NCBI GenBank assembly: GCA_965199495.1 | Contig: CBDASK010000003.1 | Coordinates: forward strand, 3,040,001 to 3,104,000 | DNA: 64,000 nt | From: Abditibacterium sp. | GTDB taxonomy: Bacteria; Armatimonadota; Abditibacteriia; Abditibacteriales; Abditibacteriaceae | Direction: 5' to 3' | Shown here: positions 9,293-19,256 of the stretch, one piece after another | Position numbering within the stretch: the first letter of the stretch is position 1 | Layout: every line of letters starts with the position of its first letter | Made by a program: the position numbers and the translations under genes | Notes under the pieces: generated by a model | The model's input: the letters and a program-made list of their open reading frames with translations, nothing else | The model's database searches: none | What the model was told of the DNA's origin: nothing

Positions 9293-10015
9293 ATGAAACT
9301 CAGCGTTTTGATGCCGGTGTGGAACGAGTCCGCCACGCTCGAAGAAATTTTACGGCGCGTGCAAGCGGTAGATTTGGACAAAGAAATTATCATCGTGGAC
9401 AACGTTTCGAGCGACGGCACGCGCGAGATTTTGCAGGCTATGCTCGACAACAGCCACGCCGGGTCAGCCGATAGTTCGGCGCGTATTCGCATCGCGTTTC
9501 AAGAGGAAAATTTGGGCAAAGGCGCCAGCGTGCGGCGCGCGCTCGAATTGGCGCGCGGCGATTGGGTGATCGTGCAAGACGCCGATTTGGAATACGATCC
9601 GCGCGATTATCTGCGCTTGATGAAAGCGGCGCAAAAGCGTAAGTTGGATGTGGTTTTCGGCACGCGACTTAAAGGCGATACGCGGGCGGGGCAACCGCGT
9701 ACTTCGTTTTTTTACGGGCGCGTTGGTTTGTCGGTCTTCTTCCGATTGCTTTACGGTTCCCCGCTTTCGGACGTGGCGACTTGTTACAAACTGCTCAAAC
9801 GCCCGTTCGCCCAGACGCTCGATTTGCAAAGTAGCGGTTTCGACTTGGATTTTGAAATCGCCGCCAAAGTCGCGCGCGCGGCGCGCAAACGAAAAATTCG
9901 CGTCGGAGAAATCCCGATTTCTTATGCGCCGCGCACCGAACTCGAAGGCAAAAAAATCCGTGCCGTCCACGACGGTTGGCGCGCGGCGCGGGCGTTATTG
10001 AAATTTCGTTGGTAG
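9293..10015 (+). CDS. Family 2 glycosyltransferase (DPM-synthase-like)
   Basis: LSVLMPVWNE, SSDGT, GKGAS, QDADLEYDP and DVATCYK motifs. Confidence 0.9.
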   Translation: MKLSVLMPVWNESATLEEILRRVQAVDLDKEIIIVDNVSSDGTREILQAMLDNSHAGSADSSARIRIAFQEENLGKGASVRRALELARGDWVIVQDADLEYDPRDYLRLMKAAQKRKLDVVFGTRLKGDTRAGQPRTSFFYGRVGLSVFFRLLYGSPLSDVATCYKLLKRPFAQTLDLQSSGFDLDFEIAAKVARAARKRKIRVGEIPISYAPRTELEGKKIRAVHDGWRAARALLKFRW

Positions 10016-10025
10016 GATTGGCTCA

Positions 10026-10182
10026 AGCCACAGAGGACGCAGAGAACACCCAGAAAAACACAGAGGGGGGAAAAAGAGAGTAGAAACGAAGCAATGGAAA
10101 AATAGGGTTTCTTTCTTGATTTATTTGCTCTCTTTTTCCCCCTTCTGTGTTTTTCTGGGTGTTCTCTGCGTCCTCTGTGGCT
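10026..10182. repeat. Long inverted repeat built of CACAGAG/CGCAGAG-type subunits
   Basis: 55-bp arms 10026-10080 / 10128-10182 with one mismatch. Confidence 0.85.
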
Positions 10183-10190
10183 AAAAAATT

Positions 10191-11903
10191 ATGAATCGTC
10201 TCACTTCTCTCGCTCTTTTTGCCGCGCTCGCGGGCGGTTGCGCGCGCTCGGATTTGGGCGAGCGCGCGGCCTCGGAAGTGGTGAAATCTGCCGTCAAAGA
10301 AGAAGCGGGCAAAGCCAAATCGAGTCTGCAGAAGATCGGCAACGTGACAATGAAGGACTCCAAATTTGTCGGTGCCGATGCCAAAGGCAATCCGTTGTGG
10401 GAAGTCGGCGCCAAGTTAGTGGTGACCAAAGACCAGGTGCAGAGCGGCACTCCCAAACGCGCGACGCTGTCCGATGCGACGGTCAAGCTCTATCACGAAG
10501 GCAAACTCGAATCTACTTTTGCGGCGCCGCTCATCGAGTTTTTTAACACCGACAAAGGTCTGCGTTTGTCCATGACCAAAGGTGTTAAAGCCTCGAACGT
10601 GGGCGCGTTGGGCAAAGATGGCGTGCCGATTCAGGTCGCGGCGCCGCGCGGCGATGTGGATGTCGCCAAACGTTTAGTCAGTCTGAGCGGCGGCGCGCGC
10701 GTGGTGCGCGGGCCGATTACCGTGACTGGAAAAACGCTGCGCACCCAAACCGATCTGGCGCGCGCAAATTTGATCGGCGATGTCTTGGCGCAATCTCCGC
10801 AGGGGCAAACCAAAGCGAAGGACGCGATTTTCGCGTGGAAAGCCAACACGCTCGCGGCCAACGGCGTGACGTTTATTCGGCCCGATTTGACACTCACTGG
10901 CGATAAACTCAGCGCCGACACCGCCGCCGAAAAAGGCACCTTAACTGGCAACGTCCGCGCCGTGGCTGTTGGTGCGGGCGTGACTTCGAGCGCGACGGCG
11001 CCGAGCGTGGATTTCGATTGGAAAGCCGACATGATTCGCGCGGCCAACGCGAATTTGTCGCGCGAGGGCGCGCAGATGGAGACGGCGCAGTTGCAAACCG
11101 ATTCCAAACTGAAAGTCGCCGATGCACAGGGCGTGACGATTCGCAAAGATGGCGCGACTTTAAAAGCCGCCAGCGCGCGCGGTTTCGACGGCTTGAAGCA
11201 ATTGACTGGAACCAAAGTCATCATCGTGCGCGACGGCACGACGCTGACGGCGGCGAGCGCCAAAGCCGACAATTGGAGCGCGAGTTCGGGCACAATTACG
11301 GGGAGCGGTGGCGTGACCGCGACCAATGCCGATGGCAAACTCAACGCGCAAAGCGCGGTTTGGAGCGGCGGCAAAGACGGGCAAATCACGGCGTCGGGCG
11401 GCGTCGAAATCGTCTCCAAAGGCACCACGATTCGCGGCGCGCGCGGCACCAGCGACGCGAGCATGAACGTCGCGAATTTGAGCGGCGATGTGCGCGCGAC
11501 GCTCAAAGACGGCTCGACTTTGCGCGCGCCCGTCGTGCGCAAAAGCGGCGATCAAATCGTGGCGAGCGGCGGAACGACAGCGCAGTTCAAGACGCAAGAT
11601 CAATTGCTTACCGTCCAAGCGCCGCGTGTCGAAACGACCGTCGGTGGCCAAACCGCGCGCGCATCGGGCGGCGTGAACTTGAAAAGTTCCAGCGGCGCCA
11701 CAGCCACGGCGCCGACGGCGACGTTTAATCGCGCGACGCAACAAGTCGTGGCGAGCGGCGGGGTGAAATATACCGATCCGAAAATGGGCACGCTCAACGG
11801 CAAAACGCTGCGCGCCAATCTGCGCTTGCAAAGCGCGGTGATGGACAATGGTAGCGCTCAGATTAACAGCGATTTCTTTGGCGATAAAGGTTTGTTTAAT
11901 TAA
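10191..11903 (+). CDS. LptC/LptA (OstA)-like beta-jellyroll repeat lipoprotein
   Basis: Lipobox ALAGG-C; GNPLWEVGAK LptC-like start; many repeats of LSG/ASGGV..G.TL.A. Confidence 0.65.
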   Translation: MNRLTSLALFAALAGGCARSDLGERAASEVVKSAVKEEAGKAKSSLQKIGNVTMKDSKFVGADAKGNPLWEVGAKLVVTKDQVQSGTPKRATLSDATVKLYHEGKLESTFAAPLIEFFNTDKGLRLSMTKGVKASNVGALGKDGVPIQVAAPRGDVDVAKRLVSLSGGARVVRGPITVTGKTLRTQTDLARANLIGDVLAQSPQGQTKAKDAIFAWKANTLAANGVTFIRPDLTLTGDKLSADTAAEKGTLTGNVRAVAVGAGVTSSATAPSVDFDWKADMIRAANANLSREGAQMETAQLQTDSKLKVADAQGVTIRKDGATLKAASARGFDGLKQLTGTKVIIVRDGTTLTAASAKADNWSASSGTITGSGGVTATNADGKLNAQSAVWSGGKDGQITASGGVEIVSKGTTIRGARGTSDASMNVANLSGDVRATLKDGSTLRAPVVRKSGDQIVASGGTTAQFKTQDQLLTVQAPRVETTVGGQTARASGGVNLKSSSGATATAPTATFNRATQQVVASGGVKYTDPKMGTLNGKTLRANLRLQSAVMDNGSAQINSDFFGDKGLFN

Positions 11904-11939
11904 CATCCGAAAGCCGAAAAACCCGTCAAACTAAATCGC

Positions 11940-12884
11940 GTGTTAAATTCCGCACTTTCTTCGCCCAAGCGTCTGGCTTTGGGCTGCATGGGCATGGCTG
12001 GTTCCGGCCCCGCCGACGATCTTTCGCCGATTCGCATCAAGAACGCCATTGAAGCGTTCGAGGCCGCTTTGGTTTCGGGCATTACGCTCTTCGATCACGC
12101 CGATATTTATGGCGGTGGCGCCTGCGAAAGCGTTTTCAAATCGTGTCTCGAAGCCCTCCCCGATGCGCGCGAGCGAATCCAAATTTGGAGCAAAGGCGGC
12201 ATTCGCGCCGGGCATTATAATTTGTCCAAAGATTACTTGCTCGAATGTATCGAACGCTCGCGCTCGCGCATGGGCATTGATAAAATTGATCTGTTCCAGT
12301 TGCATCGTCCCGACCCGGTGGCTCATCCGTCCGAGACCGCCGAAGCGCTCAATCAAGCGCTCAAGGCCGGGCACATCGGCGCGATTGGCGTTTCCAATTA
12401 TTTCCCCGAACAGACGCGCGCGCTGCAAAAATATCTCGATGCGCCGATTGTTTCCAATCAATTCGAGATCAACGCGCTTCGTCTGGCGCCGTTTTACGAA
12501 GGTTGGGAAGTGCCCGCGTTCAAAGGTTATAGCGGCGGCACTGGCACCATCGGCGACGGCTTGCTCGATTTCTGTATGGCCAACGAGATCACGCCGCTCG
12601 CCTATAGCCCGCTTGCGCGCGCGACGTTATCGAAAGCCGAATCGCAGGATGGGCGCGAACAGGACACGCTCGACGTTATCGGCGAACTCAGCCAGAAATA
12701 CGAGGCCACGCGCACCCAAATCGCTCTGGCGTGGCTGCTGACGCACCCGGCGGGCATTATTCCAATTGTCGGCAGCAACAATCCCGCGCACATCTTCGAG
12801 GCGGCCCAGCGCAACGATTTGCGTTTGGAACGTGAAGATTGGTATCGCATTTGGACGGCTTCGTGGGGCCGTAACGCGCCGTGA
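11940..12884 (+). CDS. Aldo/keto reductase (YdhF-like)
   Basis: LGCMG, FDHADIYG, LHRPD, IGVSN, AYSPL and PIVGS motifs. Confidence 0.9.
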   Translation: MLNSALSSPKRLALGCMGMAGSGPADDLSPIRIKNAIEAFEAALVSGITLFDHADIYGGGACESVFKSCLEALPDARERIQIWSKGGIRAGHYNLSKDYLLECIERSRSRMGIDKIDLFQLHRPDPVAHPSETAEALNQALKAGHIGAIGVSNYFPEQTRALQKYLDAPIVSNQFEINALRLAPFYEGWEVPAFKGYSGGTGTIGDGLLDFCMANEITPLAYSPLARATLSKAESQDGREQDTLDVIGELSQKYEATRTQIALAWLLTHPAGIIPIVGSNNPAHIFEAAQRNDLRLEREDWYRIWTASWGRNAP

Positions 12885-12889
12885 TTTTT

Positions 12890-12952
12890 CGGTTTCTCGC
12901 AAAGTCACGCAAAGAAAACAAGCAAACCTTTGTGTGGCTTTGTGAGAAACCG
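12890..12952. repeat. Short inverted repeat of the CGCAAAG/CACAAAG family
   Basis: 25-bp arms 12890-12914 / 12928-12952 with three mismatches. Confidence 0.7.
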
Positions 12953-13007
12953 CCATCTAAAAATTGCCACTTTGATGGCGCGAGCGTTTCTGATTAAATC
13001 TCCCGCG

Positions 13008-13790
13008 ATGCGTTTACTTTTACTGCTTCCGTTTATTTTTGCTGCGCCCGTTTGGGCGCAAGACGCCAATCCAACACCGCCCACTGGCATGGTTTACGTT
13101 CCGGCGGGCGAATTCACGATGGGCACCAACGCTGCCGACGGCAGCGATTTCAACCAGCGCGACAACACGCCGCTCAGTGCCAACGACGCCCGCCCGCAAC
13201 ACAAAGCCACGACGGGCGCGTTCTTCATGGATAAAACCGAAGTCACCAACGCGCAATACCAAAAATATTGCGAAGCGACGGGCGCACTCGTGCCGCCCTA
13301 TTGGATTGGCGGCAAAATTCCCGATGGCCAAGCCGATTTCCCGGTTCACCACGTCAACTGGTATGAAGCCAGCGCCTACGCCAAATGGGCGGGCAAGCGT
13401 TTGCCGACCGAAGCCGAATGGGAAAAGGCCGCGCGCGGAACCGACGGGCGAAATTTTCCGTGGGGCAACGATTTTGACGGGAACAAAGTCGCCAATGGCG
13501 GCGACGGGCCGCAGGCTGTCGGCGCGCATCCGGGCGGCGCGTCGCCTTATGGCGCGCTCGATATGTCGGGCAATGTCAATGAGTGGACGACGACATGGTT
13601 TGATGGCTATCCCAACTCGCCGACAAAGCAGCCGGATTTTGGCACCAAATATAAAGTCGTGCGCGGCGGCGCTTGGTGGAGCGGCGAGCAATTGGGCCAA
13701 ACGTGGTATCGCGAAGTCGCCCGCCCGCAAACGCGCATCACTATGATCGGTTTTCGCTGCGTCCAAGACGTTCAGAAAAACGTTCAATAA
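13008..13790 (+). CDS. Secreted formylglycine-generating-enzyme (SUMF1/FGE-sulfatase) domain protein
   Basis: Signal peptide; GEFTMG, EVTNAQY, RLPTEAEWEKAARG, DMSGNVNEW and IGFRC motifs. Confidence 0.88.
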   Translation: MRLLLLLPFIFAAPVWAQDANPTPPTGMVYVPAGEFTMGTNAADGSDFNQRDNTPLSANDARPQHKATTGAFFMDKTEVTNAQYQKYCEATGALVPPYWIGGKIPDGQADFPVHHVNWYEASAYAKWAGKRLPTEAEWEKAARGTDGRNFPWGNDFDGNKVANGGDGPQAVGAHPGGASPYGALDMSGNVNEWTTTWFDGYPNSPTKQPDFGTKYKVVRGGAWWSGEQLGQTWYREVARPQTRITMIGFRCVQDVQKNVQ

Positions 13791-13804
13791 ATCAGATTTT
13801 CGCC

Positions 13805-14272
13805 ATGTCAAACGCAACGCAATGGGGTTTGCCCGCCGATTTCACGCCCGCGCGCTTTCCGATTCCCGACGAAGCCAAATCCGCCGTTCGTCCTTTGCTG
13901 ACGCCCGGCGATCCGGTCGTTATTTCGCTCGCCAACGACGAAGACGCCCTCGTTTTGGTCGGCACGCCGCAGCGATTGTTGGTCGTCAAACTCAGCGGAC
14001 TATCGGCGGGCGCGGCGGGCGTGGCTGTGCGCGAGTTCCCGTGGGAAGGCATCACGCGCATTGTCGCCACGCCCTTATCGTTTCAACTCAAAATCGCGTT
14101 GCATTTCCGTTCCAGCAACGGGCGCACCGTCGAAGTCGGGCGGCGCGCACAGTTGGGCAAACCGGGCGTCGAGAATTTGGCCGGATTCGATTTAGATAAC
14201 GGCAACACCGTTTTGGCGGCGATAATGCAAATCTGGGAAAGCAAACGCGACGACAATCTGCTCAGCGACTAA
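13805..14272 (+). CDS. Hypothetical protein (possibly PH-like fold)
   Basis: ATG 13805, 14 nt after the upstream stop; typical codon usage; LVGTPQRLLVVK..FPWEGIT pattern. Confidence 0.6.
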   Translation: MSNATQWGLPADFTPARFPIPDEAKSAVRPLLTPGDPVVISLANDEDALVLVGTPQRLLVVKLSGLSAGAAGVAVREFPWEGITRIVATPLSFQLKIALHFRSSNGRTVEVGRRAQLGKPGVENLAGFDLDNGNTVLAAIMQIWESKRDDNLLSD

Positions 14273-14289
14273 AAAGCGTGAATTTCAGT

Positions 14290-14652
14290 TCACCAGTCGC
14301 GCCATTCGGTGACAGTTTCTTCTTCCTCGTCCACGTCAATTCCGGCGGCCTGACCGATTTGATTGAGCAGTTCACACAGCTCTTCGCGCTCGCCGGTTTC
14401 GATCAAATCGGTTTGATCGTTCAAACCGTTGAGCGCTTCGACGGCGTGCTGAAACAAAACGATTTTCTCGTCTTCGCTGGCGTCTTCGCCCAGTTCGATG
14501 AGCGATTCGATCAGATCATCGAAAATCGTGGCAGCGGCTTCGCAGTTGGGGCGCGTATATTGTTCCATGCCCTCTTCACCTTCGCTGTAGGTGAGCCACT
14601 TTTCAAAGGGATAATTTTTCTTGGTGGCGAGCAATTTCGCTTGGTAATCCAT
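14290..14652 (-). CDS. Small acidic hypothetical protein
   Basis: 120 aa directly downstream of rnhB; IETGEREELCE..EWRDW. Confidence 0.7.
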   Translation of the reverse strand: MDYQAKLLATKKNYPFEKWLTYSEGEEGMEQYTRPNCEAAATIFDDLIESLIELGEDASEDEKIVLFQHAVEALNGLNDQTDLIETGEREELCELLNQIGQAAGIDVDEEEETVTEWRDW

Positions 14653-14679
14653 TTTAATCTCCGGGAAATGTAAAGGCCT

Positions 14680-15348
14680 TTAGATGGAATTTATTTCGTC
14701 GCGTTCCAAAACAGCGCGCACTGGCCCAAACGTTTTGCGATGAATCTCGCACGCCCCCAATTCATCGAGTACGGCATAATGGGCGCGCGTTGGATAACCT
14801 TTATGCGTCGCAAAACCGTAGCCGGGAAACTGCGCATCGAACTCGATCATCATCTCATCGCGCGCGACTTTGGCTAAAATCGAAGCCGCAGCAATCGAAA
14901 AACTGCGCGCATCGCCTTTGACGAGCGCTTCGTAAGGCCACGGCCACGCGATTTCGCGGGCGGCTAAACCGTCAGCCAAAACGAAATCAACCGCGCCAAA
15001 GCGCGTTTCCAAATCTTCGATGGCGCGCCGCATCGCCAGCCACGACGCGACTCGAATGTTGATTTTGTCAATCTCGCTCGCATTGCAAATGCCGATGCCC
15101 CACTGCGCGTGTTGTCGAATCTGCTGCGCTAACCGCTCGCGAACTGTGGACGTTAGTTTTTTGGAATCGTTAAGTTGGGCAGTGAACGCATGAGCCACGT
15201 CGCGCGGCAACAACGCCGCGCCCGCCACGACCGGCCCCGCCAGCGGCCCGCGCCCGGCTTCGTCAACGCCGCAGACGCGCGCATAATCGCGAGCGAGCAG
15301 GGCGTCTTCGTGGGCGAAATCGGGGACATAGGCTGCAATTTTGGGCAC
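14680..15348 (-). CDS. rnhB: Ribonuclease HII
   Basis: GVDEAGRGPLAGPVVA, NDSKKL, KGDARSFSIAAASILAKVARD and HKGYPT motifs. Confidence 0.96.
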   Translation of the reverse strand: MPKIAAYVPDFAHEDALLARDYARVCGVDEAGRGPLAGPVVAGAALLPRDVAHAFTAQLNDSKKLTSTVRERLAQQIRQHAQWGIGICNASEIDKINIRVASWLAMRRAIEDLETRFGAVDFVLADGLAAREIAWPWPYEALVKGDARSFSIAAASILAKVARDEMMIEFDAQFPGYGFATHKGYPTRAHYAVLDELGACEIHRKTFGPVRAVLERDEINSI

Positions 15349-15407
15349 GATGGGCAGGTGTGAAAATAGCGGAGCAAATGCCCCGCTATTTAAAAGCTAA
15401 ATTATTT

Positions 15408-16259
15408 TCACTGCACCGGAATCGCTTCGCCCTCGGCGTTGCGTTGTTCTGGCGCGCGCGGATGAAAGCTCAAACTGTCCACCAAACCCAGGCGCGTCGG
15501 CGGCCAAAACACGCAAATCGCTTTGCCGACGACATTCTCGCGCGGCGTAAAACCCCAGACGTGGCCGTCGTTGGAATTGGAACGATGGTCGCCCAGCATC
15601 AGTAGATGACCGGCGGGCACCGGGCCGGGTTTGGCGGCATCAATCTGTTTCTGGTCAGCATCAGCCGCGACCAGATTATTCTTTGCCCACGCTTCGGGCT
15701 TGTTAATCGCGTAATACTCGCGCGAATAAACCGCGCCGTCCACGATTTTCATATCGTAAGAAATCGTCGGGCCGTTCCACAATTTATACGGTTCTTGAAC
15801 GAATTTGCCGTTGCGATAAAACTTGCCGTTGCGCATTTCGACGACATCGCCGGGCGTGCCCATGCAGCGCTTGATGAAATCGGTGTGCGGTGGCTGCGCG
15901 GCGGCAGGCGGCGCCTCGAAAACCACGACATCCTGAAATTGCGGGTCTTTCATGCGATAGACCAAGCGCGAAACCAGCAAGCGGTCGGAGATGCGTAATG
16001 TGTCTTCCATCGAACCGGACGGAATGAAAAACGCCTGCAAAATGAACGGCTGAATCACGAACAAGACCAGACCAATGGCAATCGTCGCCGAATCGAGCGT
16101 TTCGATGAGCCACTTGCTGGTCTCATTGGCCTCGGAAATTGTCGCGCCGCTGCCAACTTTAATTTCGCGCGGCGAAAGCAGACGCACGAACTCGCGCATG
16201 CCCAGCAAACCCGCGACGATAGCGAGTTTCCATAAAGGATTTTCGATGTTGAATTCCAT
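15408..16259 (-). CDS. lepB: Signal peptidase I (copy 2)
   Basis: IPSGSM, DFIKRC and GDHRSNSNDG motifs; start ATG 16259. Confidence 0.92.
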   Translation of the reverse strand: MEFNIENPLWKLAIVAGLLGMREFVRLLSPREIKVGSGATISEANETSKWLIETLDSATIAIGLVLFVIQPFILQAFFIPSGSMEDTLRISDRLLVSRLVYRMKDPQFQDVVVFEAPPAAAQPPHTDFIKRCMGTPGDVVEMRNGKFYRNGKFVQEPYKLWNGPTISYDMKIVDGAVYSREYYAINKPEAWAKNNLVAADADQKQIDAAKPGPVPAGHLLMLGDHRSNSNDGHVWGFTPRENVVGKAICVFWPPTRLGLVDSLSFHPRAPEQRNAEGEAIPVQ

Positions 16260-16282
16260 GATTAAAAGGGAGCTTCTACAAT

Positions 16283-17077
16283 TTAAGGCGCTACGCGCGG
16301 ATTGCGCGTCATCTCGTCCAGTAATCCGAAGCGACGCGGCGGCCAAAACACGCACATCGCTTTGCCAATGACTTTTTCTCGCGACACAAAGCCCCAGAAG
16401 TGTCCGTCCAACGAATTGGAACGATGGTCGCCCAACATTAAGAGTTGACCGTTGGGCACGCGTCCAGGTGTCGCGGTCGAAATCAAGAATTGATTGGCGG
16501 CGGGCACAACGAGTTGATTTTGCTGCCACGCGCCGGGCAGATTGGGCGCGTAATAATCGCGCGAATAGACCGCCCCTCCCACAATTTTCATATCGTAGGG
16601 CAACGTGGGACTATTCCATAATTGATAAATTTCGGGCACCGCGCGGCCATTGCGAAACAAAACGCCCCGGCGCATTTCGATGACATCGCCGGGCGTGCCG
16701 ATGCAGCGTTTGATGAAATCGGTGCCAGCTTCCTGATGCGCGGCGGGTGGAGCTTCAAAAACGACGACATCTTGAAAATGTGGCTCCTGCAACCGGTAAA
16801 TCGCGCGCGAAACCAACACGCGGTCTTGCTCGCGCAAGGTGTTTTTCATCGAACCCGTCGGTATAACGAACGCTTCGGCGATGAACGGCTGAACCACGAA
16901 GAAAACCACTGCCAGAGCGATTGTCGCCGAGTTGAGCGTCTCGATTGTCTCTTTACTCTCCTCGCGCGAGCGCACCGTTTTGCGACGCAACCACAAACCA
17001 ACCGCCGCCAGCACCACGACAACGGCGATCTTCCACCAGAATCCTTCGATATCATGCTGCATGAGATTATTTTCCAT
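16283..17077 (-). CDS. lepB: Signal peptidase I (copy 1)
   Basis: IPTGSM, DFIKRC and GDHRSNSLDG motifs. Confidence 0.92.
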   Translation of the reverse strand: MENNLMQHDIEGFWWKIAVVVVLAAVGLWLRRKTVRSREESKETIETLNSATIALAVVFFVVQPFIAEAFVIPTGSMKNTLREQDRVLVSRAIYRLQEPHFQDVVVFEAPPAAHQEAGTDFIKRCIGTPGDVIEMRRGVLFRNGRAVPEIYQLWNSPTLPYDMKIVGGAVYSRDYYAPNLPGAWQQNQLVVPAANQFLISTATPGRVPNGQLLMLGDHRSNSLDGHFWGFVSREKVIGKAMCVFWPPRRFGLLDEMTRNPRVAP

Positions 17078-17088
17078 TCTCGAAACTA

Positions 17089-17127
17089 AAAAAGGGCACG
17101 AATCGCCAATGGATTCGTGCCCTTTTT
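17089..17127 (-). terminator. Rho-independent terminator after rplS
   Basis: AAAAAGGGCACGAATC-N7-GATTCGTGCCCTTTTT. Confidence 0.8.
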
Positions 17128-17502
17128 CTATGCGGCCTTGCGTGCGCCACGACCCTTTTCTTTGATGCGGATGGCTTTCGAGCCGACGCGGTCGCGCAGA
17201 TAATACAGCTTGGCGCGACGGACTTTGCCTTTGCGGCGCACTTCGATGGAATCAACGCGCGGCGAATGCACGGGAAACGTGCGCTCGACGCCGACGCCCG
17301 ACGCGATGCGGCGCACGGTGAAAGTCGCGTTGGTGCCGCCACCGTCGCGCGCGATGCAGGTGCCCTCGAACGCCTGAATGCGCTCGCGCGTGCCTTCGAC
17401 AACTTTCACGTTGACGCGCAGAGTGTCGCCCGGCCAAAAGCCGGGGACTTCGCTTTTCAAATGTCTCGCTTCAACCGAGCGAACCAAATCTTGTTTGTTC
17501 AT
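17128..17502 (-). CDS. rplS: 50S ribosomal protein L19
   Basis: [23 protein letters not shown] and [11 protein letters not shown] motifs; start ATG 17502. Confidence 0.97.
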   Translation of the reverse strand: MNKQDLVRSVEARHLKSEVPGFWPGDTLRVNVKVVEGTRERIQAFEGTCIARDGGGTNATFTVRRIASGVGVERTFPVHSPRVDSIEVRRKGKVRRAKLYYLRDRVGSKAIRIKEKGRGARKAA

Positions 17503-17522
17503 ATTCGTAATATCTTCCTCTT

Positions 17523-18311
17523 TTATTCCGGCGATTCGCTCGCCTGATCTCGCTCCCAAACCTCTTTCATTTCCTGACAAATTTTCGTCTGTCCCGCCGT
17601 CAACGCGCCATTTTGCAACGCCGCGTCAATCAAATCGGGCCGCCGTTCCAGCGTGCGCTGCACGCCCTGCCGAAACCGCCACTCCTCGATCTTCGCGTGA
17701 TGACCACTCATCAAAATCTCCGGCACATCGTGGCCGCGCCACTGCGCCGGACGCGTGTAATGCGGCGTTTCGAGCAAACCGTTGGCAAACGAATCGCCCG
17801 GCGCCGAATTTTCGTTGCCCAAAACTTCGGGCACGAACCGAGCGACAGCTTCGATGAGAATCGCCGCCGCGCCTTCGCCGCCAGTCAACACAAAGTCGCC
17901 CAGCGAGATTTCGTTGGTCACGCAACTTTGGATCGCGCGTTCGTCCACGCCTTCGTAATGTCCGCACAGCAGCGCGAGGCGCGGCAGAACGGCGAGTTCG
18001 TTGACAATATTTTGATTCAAGGTGCGACCCTGCGGCGATAAATAAATTATCGGGCAAGGCGGAGCGGAGACGCCAACATCAAAATTTAACACACTTTCCA
18101 GTGCGCTTGCCACTGGCTCGGCTTTCATCACCATGCCAGCGCCACCGCCAAACGGATAATCGTCGGTTACCCGATGCTTATCCGTTGCCCAATTGCGAAT
18201 GTCATGCAGCCCAACTTCAATCGCGCCTTTCTCGATGGCGCGCGCCAAAATCGAAGTCGAAAGCGGCCCCTCGAAGTAAGCGGGAAACAGCGTGAAAACG
18301 TCAAAACGCAT
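17523..18311 (-). CDS. trmD: tRNA (guanine-N1)-methyltransferase
   Basis: [23 protein letters not shown] and [11 protein letters not shown] motifs. Confidence 0.97.
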   Translation of the reverse strand: MRFDVFTLFPAYFEGPLSTSILARAIEKGAIEVGLHDIRNWATDKHRVTDDYPFGGGAGMVMKAEPVASALESVLNFDVGVSAPPCPIIYLSPQGRTLNQNIVNELAVLPRLALLCGHYEGVDERAIQSCVTNEISLGDFVLTGGEGAAAILIEAVARFVPEVLGNENSAPGDSFANGLLETPHYTRPAQWRGHDVPEILMSGHHAKIEEWRFRQGVQRTLERRPDLIDAALQNGALTAGQTKICQEMKEVWERDQASESPE

Positions 18312-18316
18312 GAACT

Positions 18317-18826
18317 TTAACTACGAAGACCCGGATCGTCGCGCACGATGACGGCTTGTTTTTCGCCGTCAATGCGCACGATCCATTCGGGCACATCGGG
18401 CACCATCGCTTGCGCCGTCACGTAAGTGTCGTGCGAAGGCGATTCCATGATTTCCTCGATGGCGCCCAAATCCTCGCCGTTTTCCGTCACGATGTGCATG
18501 CCGATGATCTGATCCGGGTAAAACTCGCCCGGCCCCAGTTCGGGACGCATCGAGACGTGAACATAAACTTCGCCCCGCACCAGCGCCTCGGCCTCTTCGA
18601 CGGTGCGCAAATCGCAATCGCAAATCCACAAGCCGTTTTTGCTTTCGGATTCGCGAATTTTCAGCAGACGGCGCGGCCCTTCGACGGGCGAGACGGCCAA
18701 CGTGGCTCCTGCGGCGAAGCGGCCTTCGACTTCCGAAAACGGCTGAATGCGCAGTTTGGCGTGATCCCAGCGGCCCTTGACGCGGCCCACTAAAACGTCC
18801 CAACTGTCTAAATCGGTTTGGCTCAT
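18317..18826 (-). CDS. rimM: 16S rRNA processing protein RimM
   Basis: Lies between khpA and trmD; EEAEAL..GEFYPDQIIG..LGAI PRC-barrel pattern. Confidence 0.88.
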   Translation of the reverse strand: MSQTDLDSWDVLVGRVKGRWDHAKLRIQPFSEVEGRFAAGATLAVSPVEGPRRLLKIRESESKNGLWICDCDLRTVEEAEALVRGEVYVHVSMRPELGPGEFYPDQIIGMHIVTENGEDLGAIEEIMESPSHDTYVTAQAMVPDVPEWIVRIDGEKQAVIVRDDPGLRS

Positions 18827-18904
18827 GTAATTTGTGATGAAAATTTCCCCACGCAAAACAAAGGGCGAACTTGGGAGTTCGCCCCGCTTTGCGCCGACAG
18901 ATTC

Positions 18905-19234
18905 TCAATCGTCTTCGGTTAGAACCTCGACGGTGACGTGCGTGCCAACTTTAGTCGCCGCCGCTTTGGCCAAATTGCGGAGCGCCCCCGCGACGCGCCC
19001 TTCGCGTCCGATGACGCGACCGGTATCGTCGGGATGCACGCGCACGCCATAGACGAGGCCCGCGCTATCGGTGAACTCCTCGACTTCGACATCTTCGGGA
19101 TGCTCGACGATGCCCTGCACCAGAAAACCGACCAACTCAATCACGCGCGATTCTTCATCGGAAGATGAAATATCGCGCGTCATTGAATTATCGGTTTCGG
19201 GCAATTGCTGCGCGGAAGTTTCGAGGGCGTCCAT
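18905..19234 (-). CDS. khpA: KH-domain RNA-binding protein
   Basis: VHPDDTGRVIGREGRVAGALR; downstream of rpsP; true start may be further downstream. Confidence 0.9.
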   Translation of the reverse strand: MDALETSAQQLPETDNSMTRDISSSDEESRVIELVGFLVQGIVEHPEDVEVEEFTDSAGLVYGVRVHPDDTGRVIGREGRVAGALRNLAKAAATKVGTHVTVEVLTEDD

Positions 19235-19256
19235 GACAGAGAAGGGCAGCTAAAAT

